NCBI GenBank assembly: GCA_000708835.1
Contig: DF237123.1
Span: 62,001 to 126,000 of the forward strand
Origin: Klebsormidium nitens
Lineage: Eukaryota > Plantae > Klebsormidiophyceae
Direction: 5' to 3'
DNA: 64,000 nucleotides
The notes beneath the pieces are model-generated. The model had not been told where the DNA came from. It made no database searches and saw only the letters and a list, made by a program, of their open reading frames with translations. The position numbers were made by a program, and so were the translations under genes. Positions 50,920-62,743 of this stretch are shown in pieces; the stretch's first letter is position 1; each line of letters begins with the position of its first letter.

Positions 50920-53900
50920 ATGCCTCCACCTTCTGGAAGCAGTATACCGTCAGTAGCAATGAATGCTGACGCAGGCGGTTCAGTGGGGCACAACGCTCAG
51001 GCGCCAGAGGAAGCGCAGCGACCTCTGGACTTCGAGCGTTGGTCTCTTGATAGCGAAACAGCACAGTTTGAGGGAGGTAGCAAACACGACGGCAATTCCT
51101 GTAGGAGCAGCTTAGATATTGATGGGGTGGCAGTGGAGTCAGAGCGTCAAGGAAAAAGCCAAACAAAGCGTCCGTCTCAAAGCAGAAAGGAACAACAGCA
51201 TCAAAAAGCGGTCCAGAAGAAGTACGGGCCGGTGGGATCATTGAGCAAGATCAAGCGTTTGCTGTCGTCCAGTGGGGGAGACTTTTCAGACGAAGAGGAA
51301 CAACTAGGTGGGGAGAGAGATACGCTGCTTGCGCCGGCCCCATCATCGTGTTATGTGGACGCTGACGATCAGAGTGAGGGGAAGGAGTCCGAGTACTGGA
51401 AGGAGGCCAAGCGACTATGGAACCTCGCCGTGCCCATCGCATTTATGCAGGTAAAATCGTTTTGCTTTTGCAGCTTCATGTTGTGCGAAAGCGCTCTCAG
51501 TTTCGTCAATAGAACATTTGCGCTTCTTGTTGGGATCTTCAAGTTCCACAAACTGCGTGCTGATTACGGTGGGGCTTTATATCGGGTGCAGCAGATGTAG
51601 TTGCTCCACCAGGCTTGTGTCCTTCAAAGATGAGTTGGCAGGTTCAAAGACATCCAAAAGGGTCTGCATGCACACTTAGTGGAGCCTCGAAATGGGGATG
51701 CTACTACGCAGCCTCTGATCTCCAGCCAACCCGCCAGGTTCTGCTTTCTCTGCGCACCTTTTATAAGTGTCCCGGGTAGTGGTTCAAACTCCTACACAGC
51801 TGATAATCCTATACTGACTTCTGGACTCAGTGGGGCACTCCTGAGACTTTGCAAATTGCAGAAGTAGCCCTTTGCCAGTGCAGAATACTGGCATAAAGCT
51901 TAAGGCGCCGCTTGCCTCCCTGTAGGTTCTCTGGTACGCGCGCACGGTCGCCAGCCTCATCTTCGTAGGCCACCTCGGGGGGGTGCAGCTCGCTGGCATC
52001 GCGTTGGCCAGTACTTTTGCGAGCGTGTCCGGGTAAGCTTTTATTTTAGTCATCAACATGTGCCCTCTCATGCGTTGCTTCCAGTATGTCCGTTGGCTCT
52101 TCGTAGAGCCTCAGCCCATACTGCTTTCCATATCCGCAGTTAAGGTTTGAACGGATTCTCTGCTCCAAATATCCAGACGGTGAAAAGCAGCGCCAATTCT
52201 TAGACGAAAGCTTGGCGGTGACCCCCTAAGAATCAGACACAACGACGTCTTAGAGAGGAAACGATTGAATCACTCAGCACTTGTGGATTTTTTGGAACCT
52301 TCAATGTGAGGATCTGATTCTTCTGCTGAAGTACGTATATGATCGGCCTCTTGAGCAGGGATGAAGTTCTGGGTTGTTACCTCGCTGATGGATCACTTTG
52401 ACAACTTTTTGAACGGCGCCGTTCATATCCTTTTTAACCGGTTCTTTTCATTGTTTCTTATGTGCCATTCATTCGGATCTGGTCCTATTCATACTGTCCT
52501 TACTTGTTGTTTACGTTGCTTCTACCTTCTCAGGTATGCTATCATGTTCGGCCTGGCTAGCGGAATGGACCCCCTCTGCTCCCAAGCGGTCGGCGCCAAA
52601 GAGTACGCCGCAGTTGGGTTGACGCTGCAACGAGGGTGGGCCGTTTTACTGTGCGTGTGCGTCCCGACGTTTGCCACGTGGTGGAACGTGGAGCCCTTCT
52701 TTCGGTTTGCCAGGCAGGACCCGGTTCTGACGGGGTTTGCCAGCGAGTACTTGAGAATCCTGACCCTGGACCTGCTGTTCATGGGACTGGCGCAGCCGCT
52801 GCGGGTGTTTTTGCGGTCACAGGTGCGTTCTCCGCCCACCGTTTCGAAAGTTCACCTTTGAACTGTTGGTGTCTCTGTGTTGCAAAATGGCCCCCCCTCG
52901 CCCAAGGGCTTGTAGGTGCGTTTTCGCTGTCGTGGTACGATTCTGATCATGTCTTGGATGCTTCTGTCGCTGAAGTTCTGCTCAATTGGCGCCTAGAAAT
53001 AGCCTTGGGGAACGTTAGCAAAGAACGGTCCGGTCGCTGGTCCAGGGATTTGCGTGGATCAACTTAGATTTAAATCCGGTTTGTTGTTGCCACTATTGAT
53101 GTTCTGCATCAATCTGTTCAGAGTTCCGGTCAGGAGTGAACTAACCGCTCAACCTACAGCATGAATGTAAACTCCTGAACAAGGGTGCCATAACAACCAA
53201 GTAGCGCAACCTTTTACAATGCTCAAACTCCTCACTTCCGAGTCAGCGTATCTCCGAATCTGCAGGGAATCGCCAAGCCCATGGCCTGCTTCGTTGGGAT
53301 CGCCTTCGCTGGCGAACGTCTTCTTGCTCCAAGTGTTCAGAAACTGCTGAACCTCGACAGACCTCATCCAAAGCTGGGAAAGTCACAAACGTCAAGAAGG
53401 TTAAAGTTTCACACACTGCGCAGGGCATTACCAAGCCCATGGCTTGCTTCGCCGGCATCGCCTTCGCGGGCCACGTCTTCTTCCTCCACGTGTTCATAAA
53501 CCTGCTGAACCTCGGCGCGCGCGGGGCCGCGATCGCGCAGTGCTGCACGTCGTTCAACTTCTTCATGATGCTACTGCTCTACGTGCGTTGCTACCCGGGG
53601 CCTCACCGCCAGTGCTGGGACGGGCGGTTCGACGCAAAGGCACTGAATCCGGCGGGATGGAAGCCGCTTTTGAAGCAGGTAGGGGGCTGGATATTCTTCT
53701 TTAACAGGCGCTTAATGTTTTCTTTTGCGGTTATTTTGAAGTTATCTAAGTTGGGAGATGCTTGAAAGCGGATTGTATACTGGTGGGGCTTCCTTTACGG
53801 ATGTTGATTACGCTGCTGCTACCCGAGGCCTCACCGCCAGTGCTGGGACGGGCGGTTCGATGCGAAGCCGCTGAATCCGGCGGGATGGAAGCCGCTTCTG

Positions 53901-56791
53901 AAGCAGCTGAGGAAAAGCGAGCTTTGAAAGAAGCTCCGTGTTGTGCTTGGATGCTTGAGCTGTTCGGTTGCATCTGGAGTTCGACTGGTCAGGGATCACG
54001 TTGCTTGGAAGCCCACGGGCTTTGGGAGGTGCAGATCCTGCGAAGAGGCAAGAAGCTGCTTTCGCGAGCGAAAGGAGTCGAAGTCGTCGAATTGGACCTT
54101 TCGAGCTGTGAGACTGTTTGAAGCATCGACGTTTCTTCTTTGAAGGGATACCGTCGGAAGCGGCTGAATGTGCTGAAGTCATCTTGCAGCCGTCAGCGAT
54201 CGTTTATGAGGGCCTGGCGCGAACGGTTGAGCGCACAGTATCGAATTTTTCCCGGTTCTGACTTTCTCCGGCGACCATGGTGCAGGCCATCCCGTCGCTC
54301 GTGTCGCTCTACCTGCAGCGCTGGTCCTACGAGTGCATGGTTTGCCACCAAGTACACAGGACCGAAATGTCAGCTGCCCGGTTTCGACCATTTCCGGCGA
54401 CCATTTTGCAGGCTATCCCGTTATTCGTGTCGCTCTACCTGCAGCGCTGATTCTATGAGGTCAAGGCTTTCGACCAGGCTATACATCGACCCTTTAGCTG
54501 CCCGGTTCTGACTATTTTCGGCGACCATTTTGCAGGCCATCCCGTCGTTCGTGTCGCTCTACCTGCAGCGCTGGTTCTACGAGGGCATGGTCATCATGGC
54601 CGGTTGGCTGCCAGACCCGCACGTGCCAGTTGGTGCGATGGCGGTCGCTATGAACGTGTTTTCACTGGTCACCATGTTACCAATGGCGTTCAACATTGCG
54701 GGGGCGACACGTGTGGGGAACGAGCTTGGTGAGGAAATTGTCACCAAACCTTAGTGAGTGGTCTTGATTATAGAGAAAGGAATGCTTCTCTCGAGGAAGT
54801 GAATTGCGGCTGCCATGAACGTGTTTTTACTGGTCACCATGTTTCCCATGGCGTTCGACAGCGCGGGGGCGACATGTGTTGGCAACGAGCTAGGTGAGAC
54901 TAGGTGAGACCAGAGTTTACTATTAACGTTTCGAGTCTTCTGTTCTTTTTGTTCTTTTGTGAGATAACAACGCGTGTAATATTGGAAGGTCAGACTTGGG
55001 ATTGGCTCGGCATGTTCATTGGGGCGAGACTGTCCGGCAACGAAGCTCAGTCAGAAGTGTTTTGGACCTCTCTTCTCCGTTGTTCTTTTCGCCAGGAGGA
55101 AGCTTGTGTGACTTCGTTCCTTTTCTTTTGTTCATTTTGGCAAGGAGGAAGTTTGTATAGCTTCGTTTCCTTCTTTGTTGCTTAAGCTTACCTCATCTTC
55201 ATGTGTCCACACGCAAACAGGTGGTCAGACCGCTTATTTTACAAGGGTGCGTCGCCTTTCTCTAAGCCGTCTGCATTGGCATCTTGGCTTCGAAAGTCCC
55301 GGTTTCCACTTAGTGCTTCATCACCGTCGCCTCTTCTTTTCCAAAACCCAAACCCTAAGATCATTCTCCAAAAGGTGTACTGTCAGGCGCGAACGCCGCC
55401 CGGGGCTAGCCGCGTAGCATTACTTTACGCTGCCTGCGTTGGCATCCTAGGGGTAGAGTAGCAGTCCCCATCTGACTCGATACCCTTTGCGGGCTCAAAA
55501 TCTTCTCAAGTTGAGCCCGCCTTAACTGGTTCTTATTCTCCTTTTCCAGGCGCGAACGCTCCTCGGGGCGCACAAGTCGCGAGCCGCGTCGCGTTCCTCT
55601 ACGCCGTTTGCATCGGCGTCATGTGGTGCGTCATCATCACGTCATCCCGTGAGGTCATCCCCCGGGTTTTCACCACTGATGGCGACGTCCGGGCGCTGTG
55701 CTCCACGTTGCTGGTCGCCCTCGGCGTCTGCCAGCTGTTCAACTGCCCCATGTCGGTGCTCGGGGGACTGCTCCGAGGGGTGGGCAAGCCGTCGACAGTA
55801 GTGGTGAGTAGCCGTCTTTGATCTGTACATAAGTCTCGTCTTATGTTGACTTAGGTTTATGTTGAGTTAGATCAGTTCCCCGGGCTCAGACATAGTAAAA
55901 GTCTAAACCCAAAGTTAACATGCTCCGCACCTGTACCCACCCTAAACCTCCATACCAGCCCCACCCGTCCCCCAAGCTTGACATAACTCAACGTAGCCGT
56001 AAGTCAATATAAGATCGAGACTACTGATCTGTACTTGATCCATAACCGAGCAAACATCAGATGATTTGATTGGAATTCACGGCTGCGCTCGAGAGGTTCT
56101 CACTGGTTGACAAAAGTCGTGGCAACGCGCAGTTCTTGGTAGGCTTCGTTTTCCATTTAGACAAAGCCGCGATGCATGTGGAGTTGTGCGGAGAACAGCC
56201 TCATGGTCTTACTTTGCCATCAAGGAGCACCTTGCGAAGGAGGAACGTGTAACCTATCTCCAAGGCCCTTTCGCATGTTGTGTTCGTTAACAGATATATG
56301 CAGCCTTCGTTCAAAGATCAGAGTTTGTGGTTAACCTGCCCACTAACTCATCCGTTTTTGGCCGCTATACGTCTTTATTTGCGGGAGCTTCTTTATACGT
56401 GCAGGAGCTTACTCCCCTTCCTCTTTTCTGCCAGGTACTGAGCCTTAGTTCCTACTACGTCATCGGGTTGCCCACTTCGGTTACGCTCACCTTCTACAAG
56501 GGTTGGGGCGCCCTCGGCCTCTGGTGGGGCCTAACAATCGCTCAGAGCGTTATGGTAACCCTGATGGTTATCGTCGTAACCCGGTTATCGTGGCAGGAGT
56601 TGGCGGATAAAGCGCGGAGCCGGGCGAAAGAGGGGGGCCGGGACGCGGAGAAAGTGCCTCGGAAAGGGGGGTGGAAAACTGGAAACGATAAAGCGGGGGC
56701 AGAGGTTGAGAAGTTGCTCCGAAACGGGGGGGCAGAGAAAGCTGATGTTGAGGCGGGGGTGAGTGGGGTCGGAAGCTCGAGGGAAAGATAG
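50920..56791 (+). CDS. MATE/DTX (detoxification) family transporter with a long N-terminal extension, 661 aa
   Basis: Exons 50920-51450, 51926-52032, 52534-52822, 53424-53678, 54536-54728, 55550-55803, 56435-56791, all phase-consistent (1986 nt). MATE motifs: EAKRLWNLAVP, FVGHLGGVQLAGIALA, GLASGMDPLCSQAVGAK, TRVGNELGA, GLLRGVGKP, YYVIGLP, GALGLWWGL. Confidence 0.96.
54250..54600 (+). repeat. Tandem about 125-nt units containing the MATE exon-5 acceptor
   Basis: CCCGGTT...GGCGACCAT..TGCAG|GC(C/T)ATCCCG...CTACCTGCAGCGCTG with the AG ending at 54285, 54411 and 54535 (real). Confidence 0.95.
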
Positions 56792-58121
56792 CGACTGGCG
56801 AGACGCACGCGGTTACAAATAGGAACATTGAAGAGCTGGTCTCTGGAGCAGATGAGACCGCCACGAAAGCATAGGACGAGTTGATACCCATACAAGGCCG
56901 ATTTATGGAGCATGATATAAGTTGGTTGGGAGAGGTGGGCAGTCGCAGCAGAGATTTGAGTAGGGATGGCACTACGTGAATTGCTCGCAATGATTCGAGA
57001 TCAATTGATGGTCACACACAACGGGAACACACTGGCTGCACGCAAGAAATAATGATTCCTGGGACTCAAATAGGCCCGCATTTTGCCTGATTGCTTGCGC
57101 CTTGACAAAAATAGGCCCTGTACTTCAAACATTTTCAGAAGCTCGCGCAGGCACATGAGTTGGTACTTGACAATTGAGTTGTTGGCCTCAAGAGAAACCT
57201 GCTGAGCCAACCGTAGCACTCATTGTCATGTATTCATTGGAAGTGAATTTGAACGTATCATATGTATCCAAGTTCAATTTTAACAGGTCAAAGCTCCGAG
57301 ACACGACTGCATTGGATAAGGCAAATTCGAAAGAGTGGACCATGGTCAAGTTTTTTAAAGTCCTGTATATGTGACTGGTTCTCAAGTTCCGAAGCTAATG
57401 CCATGATCTGGCCAAGTCAGGTCATGTGCTTTTGGACGCGCTCAGTACCGTACGTCGCTTATAATTATGCAGCTTGCATGCTACAGGCCAGTCGACGAGC
57501 GCCTGTGCGATGCATACTAAGGCTCCTTAATTGAACTGAGTGCTGCCGGGCTTCAAAATAACTCATATATGATGTCCGGTCAAATGTTTACCAACTTTCT
57601 GGTGAATTGGCGGCCGTATAAGAATTCCACAATCACACATGCGGCACTGAGGCATGAAACTTAGTGGCATGCATGCAGCTCTATGCGGCGCTTACAAATA
57701 TTCTGGCGGCAAATTCGACACTTCCATCATGATCCAGAAAGGTAACCTTGTCACACTAGCTTACAGACTGCGTCCAATCTTGTAGACCGGCAACTGTCCA
57801 ATCAAATGATCCTATGAGAAGCTCTCAACCTAAGTACTGGCACGCGTCAAACGTACATGTACACGTGACTCTAGGGCGGGCTGACATGGATAGCGGGTAC
57901 ACGCGCGGCGCAGATGCTTCCGGCCAAAACTATCCCTTCGATACGAAACGAAGTGTAGTGCCCATCTGTACTAGCTTACTAATTTACTAGGCGGTTGCTT
58001 CATTGGGAAGGAATCTAGACTACGTGCCTGTATATGCACGCCCGACAATGATGCCACTCGTTTGTTTTCTACCAGCTTCCCCGTATGGTACAGGTGACAA
58101 CCCACGGCCGCCAGCACACAC

Positions 58122-61100
58122 TCAGGCCCCGAAAGCGGCACCTGTTTCAAAGACATTGCAGTTTGAAGACGATGTCAGAAGCAGCTCTGCTTCGCGCCTC
58201 ACCATTCGCAGCAATGCTTTGCAGTACCAATGAGTGTATTCGGAACTCTCGCACCGAGGCAGGGGAGCCGTTTAGGTTGCTCCATTTTCTTGACGTTATT
58301 GGCAGTCACGACGTGGATGATCCTTATCAGAATGAGTCCAATGTGAGCTGATGCGTGCGCTTGATTTATGCTGGTGCTTTGTTTGATATTCTTGTGCCCG
58401 TTAATGCAGGGAAAGTCCACGAAAGCCGTATCCCCTGGAAAAGCTGGCTGCAGCACTTATAAAAAGTGTCTTACTCGAGAGGAGTCTGTTCATGAGCGGC
58501 TGCACAATATTACCTTGAGAAACAGAAAAAGAAGTAGTATCATTTTCCTTCATAGCTACATGAAGAAGAATGCAACTCAGGGGGATTGAAACCCATTTCA
58601 GACACAAGGACATGCGTGGAACGGCCGCAAAAGAGGTACAAAAGAAAACCTGAGCGAGCAGTGAAAGTTGTTTTCGTTCTGGCCTGAAACATCAAACAGG
58701 ATAACCACTGCGGTCCATGACACGGACTGCAAAATCCATCGCTTTTGGGGCTTGGTTCCAATCGAAGAAGTTGCTTGTTTTGGATCATGATTGTACAGAA
58801 ACCGACTCGTAGTAGAACAGTTGAGAATCAGCAAGAGCTCGGATCTCCTGTGCGTGTTCGGACACTTACCAGAAGCCGGAGCAGGGGCGGGCGCGGGAGC
58901 CTGCAGCAGCCGGCGTCCGTTGGCGCACGGCGTCGAAGCTGGAAAACACAACCAGACAGATCATGCGAAAGCGCAACTTATCGTAGAATTAGCGAGGCCA
59001 GGCGGAAGCGCAAAGATCGTAGACACTAAGGGATCAGGCGAAAGCGCAGAAGTTGGAGACACTGAGGGATCAGGCGAAAACGCAGAAATTGGAGACACTG
59101 AGGGATCAGGCGAAAGCACACAGTTACAAACACTTCGTGAATCAAGCGTAAGCCTACGGGAAAGCAAGAAATGGCGTGGAGGCCGATGTTTCCAGAACCG
59201 TTAAGAGGGTAACCTTCCCCGAGCAACATGAGCTATTTTGCCTTTGTATCAGATTGTGTCAAAAGAAAAGGAATTTGGTATGGACTACTGACTCGCAGGA
59301 ACGCAGGCTCCCAGCCTGGCAATGTCCGGGTTCAGCGGAACAGGGCCTCGCAGCTCGCACACCAGCCCGGGGGGGCAGTCGATGGGGAGAATGCTACCCC
59401 CCTGACGGCAGGCTGCGCACTCAACAAGAAGAACTTGTCAGGGTAAAAACCGCAAGTGGGCAGATCGGTATTTGAGCTCGATTGCAGTATCCCAAAGCGA
59501 TTGGTGTGAATACAGAAGCTACAGCAGACAGATTAGTCGTTTCTCGAGGACTGAGGGGATCCCTTCGTGTAAGAATATCCACTCCGAGAGGTTCGCCGCA
59601 TCTGAGAACCGCATATCAGTTAAGGCAGAGCGTTCAAAATTCTGCTGCTCACTTGCAGGAACGCAGACTCCCATCCTGACATTAGAAATAAGAAAGTTAG
59701 AGCACTCAAATCTAGTCTTAATGACTAAAGGCCGAGGGATCCCTTAGGGTGACCAAGAGCTTTGCCGCATCCGATAGCGGCGTATCGTTCAAGGCAGAGC
59801 GTTCAAATCTTTGCTGCTCACTTGCAGGAACGCAGACTCCCATCCTAGCGATGTCGGGGTTCGACGGAACGGGGCCTTCCGGCTCGCAGACGAGGCCTGA
59901 GGGGCAGTCGATGGGGGCGATGTTACCCCCCTGACGGCAGACTGGAGGACGCAGCAGAATAAGAGTGTCAAAAAGGACGGTGGATAGACTTGAGCATGCT
60001 AGATACTAGGGATCTGGTGGCCCTTTAACGGTAAGATGAGACACTTATGGGTCCGGTCCAAAGAGAAAGGCTAACGGGAATGATGATAAGGAAGCAAGCT
60101 AGAATTCCACGGTACATACTAGACTATTGATCGAAAGTGCTTCTGACCGTTCGTTGGCAGCACAAAGGTGCAGGAAACGAGATGGACTTCGAGGGCATAG
60201 GTATTGATAGCTTCTACCGGCGTGCATGAAGACCTGTGGATCTTTTTACTTCTTTTGAGGCCAACGGATGTTGGCAGAAGATCCCTTGAAGGCAAATTTA
60301 TAAGATAAGAAAGGAGGACAGGAGAGGAGGGTGTGAAGGAAGTGGGCGACCCTTACTAGGCTGCGTGACCGTCTTGGTCGCCTCCCCGAGCAGCTTCCGT
60401 GCTCCGAGGCCCAAGAGAGAAGCTGCACCAGAGAAAGATGGCGGCGTCGGCTCACAGGACGACGTCAGCTCGCAGGGCAAAGTTACCAACCCCTTGCAAT
60501 TCATCCAATGCTAAACTATGTTGGTTCTCTCTCAAACCCAAGAAAACAAACCTTTTTTTCTTATTGAAAACCCTCATAAAATACTGGAAGAGATCCTGAA
60601 TACTTCGTGGTAAGAGTGGGAGTGATTCTGCATCTTTCCCGACCTTTTTCCCTCAGCTCCGACACCCTCGAAGGCCCCGTCCGAAACTAACTGTTCGTAA
60701 GTAAAGCAACACGCTTCATTCGTGTGTCATTCGGGCGCCGGACCAGAAGGAGCTCTAAAAACAGAACCGGGGGAGCTTACCGAGCAGTCCCCCCGGCGCG
60801 GGCGCGGGCGCGCCCAGAAGCGAGGGGATTGAGGGAAGGGCCTGGTGCACTTTGCGCGCGCGCGCCTTCGCAGCTGCACTTCCTGTTACAGTGGGTGTGA
60901 GATTTCAAAGGGCACTAGTGGCTTCTTAGTTCCGACAGTCATCGGACAGACTACAATGCACCTTGAATTTCTGCCTCGGCGACCATTTTGCCCATTACTG
61001 CGGTAGCTGGTCGCCAAGGCGTTACGGTCACAGGACTCCCTGTTCGAAGGAAAGGCAGCATCAGAGAAGAGAAGTTGCAGGAAGAACCTTCTGATGTTTC

Positions 61101-62103
61101 AACGAGTGAAGGAAAGCAGAAGATGTCGAAGGAAAGGCGAACGAACATACGAGGTAGATCGAGTTGGTGTTTTTTCGACAGGAATCAAAGATGCAAGACT
61201 CAGCACAAACACACCGTTGAGGCGTTTCTCAATCAATAGCTTGCGTACTGTTCTTCATCGGCCATGTCATACTATGTGTATGAATCCAGAAGTTCTTTGA
61301 ATATTGAAGCAATATCACGACCGTGTCTCAAGAGGACTTTATCGAACATGACCTCCTCACAGGGTTAGGACGACCTTGCGATTTCATTGGGCTGTGCCAA
61401 ATACCAGCGGATTTGAAGGATGAAGATTGATTGGAATCGAAACTTACCCAGCAGCGTAACAGGTTCGTTCTCATCTTCCTTCTCAAGGATCCTTCGTCCC
61501 CCGGTCAGCGACCCTGAATAAGAACACAGAGGCAGGAAAGCGTTCAAAACTTGTTGTACCTTGTATGGCACCTAGCAATGGCTCTCGCAAGGAGCGGAAC
61601 ACGAGATTGAGGGCTGTATTCGTCAAACTCATTAGTCCAATCACACTTTCTGTAAAGTGGGCTCCTGTTTATGGGGCTGTCTAAGGATTTTCGTGCGTCA
61701 CGTCCAGGTGATTCAAAGCAACTCCGCTCAAGGATTCATTGGCTTCACCTGGTTGACTCCAACTCAGAAAGTTGCACTACTCTCGAATGAAAGGATCTAA
61801 GGGTTCTCGGCAACGTAGAACAGACAAAGTCCACCTTTCAAGGACGTGAACCCGATGCTTTGGAATCTCTTCATACTTCGTCGCAAAAAGTTGCTAAGCC
61901 GCTCCAGCCCATCACTGATGGTGATGGCCCTAAACTCTAGATTTTAAGATTCTTTTCCGAAACCCGTGCAAACAAAGCGCGTGCATTTGCGTGCAGGATG
62001 TTGACATTCTCACCGATCATTCCGAGGATTCCGCCCGGCGCGGGCGCCGGCGCCGGAACGGGGCTGATCTGGTGGAGCTTACGCGCGCCCGGGGAGGCGA
62101 CTC
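58122..62103 (-). CDS. Putative secreted modular precursor: AP-rich (AGP-like) segments, repeated basic R(R/K)-hydrophobic motifs and two 4-Cys modules; 5' end not found
   Basis: Phase-1/phase-1 exons (-): 62103-62014 (GARKLHQ..PAPAPAPG), 61513-61448 (GGRRILE), 61039-60962 (less certain), 60873-60781 (RARKVHQ..GAPAPAPGG), 60422-60357 (GARKLLG), 59941-59822 and 59412-59293 (Cys modules), 58938-58870 (NGRRLLQAPAPAPAP), and terminal 58141-58122 (GAAFGA*). All have canonical AG/GT, and the internal exons are multiples of 3 nt. Confidence 0.7.
59000..59135. repeat. 36-nt intronic minisatellite x3 plus partial copies
   Basis: AGACACT(G/A)AGGGATCAGGCGAAA..GCAGAA.TTGG starts at 59021, 59057 and 59093. 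Confidence 0.9.
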
Positions 62104-62743
62104 CTGAGCAACGGAGAAGTTTGAGATAGTCTTTCAGTCCTCTGTCAGATTGAAGAAGAGCAGAGTTTGTCTGGTTAGAGGTTAGACGTTTTTGGTCAGA
62201 GGTTTGAACGTATTCGACGCCAGTACACCCATCCGTAATGGATAGGGACCTGCCGGGGGAGGAGAATATGGAAACGGGAATTCGTTTCTCAAGCATTGCT
62301 TTCGAGTTAGACAAGGCGCAACGAAGGCTTAGTGAGGGCAGCTAGTGACGTGGGTACTCGTGAAGCTGACGTGAGCAACCGTGCGGGGCATGAAGTTCCA
62401 GTGAACTTATCGTAAGTTTCCGCCGTGAAGACTGCAACCAAGTCCGGAAAGTCTGAAAGGAAGCCCTAGTCATAGTCACGAGTTTCTGAATTGTGAATGC
62501 TGGCGCAGGCGCCCGGGACTTAAGCTCTTGCAATAGCTGTCAGAACGTTTCTGGTAGAATTCTACGTCCAACATACAAGTGTATATATTCGGTTCGTTGA
62601 TTTTTGCCCAGTAGTCTGCCTAACGACTTCTTAATGCTCGGGTATTATTTATGGTACGTGTACTCGGCAGTAAAGTCGATTAGAAGTCTTGTTAGAGAAC
62701 CACAAGTGTGCGGCCCATGACAAGAATTATGTCTGCTGTTAGT

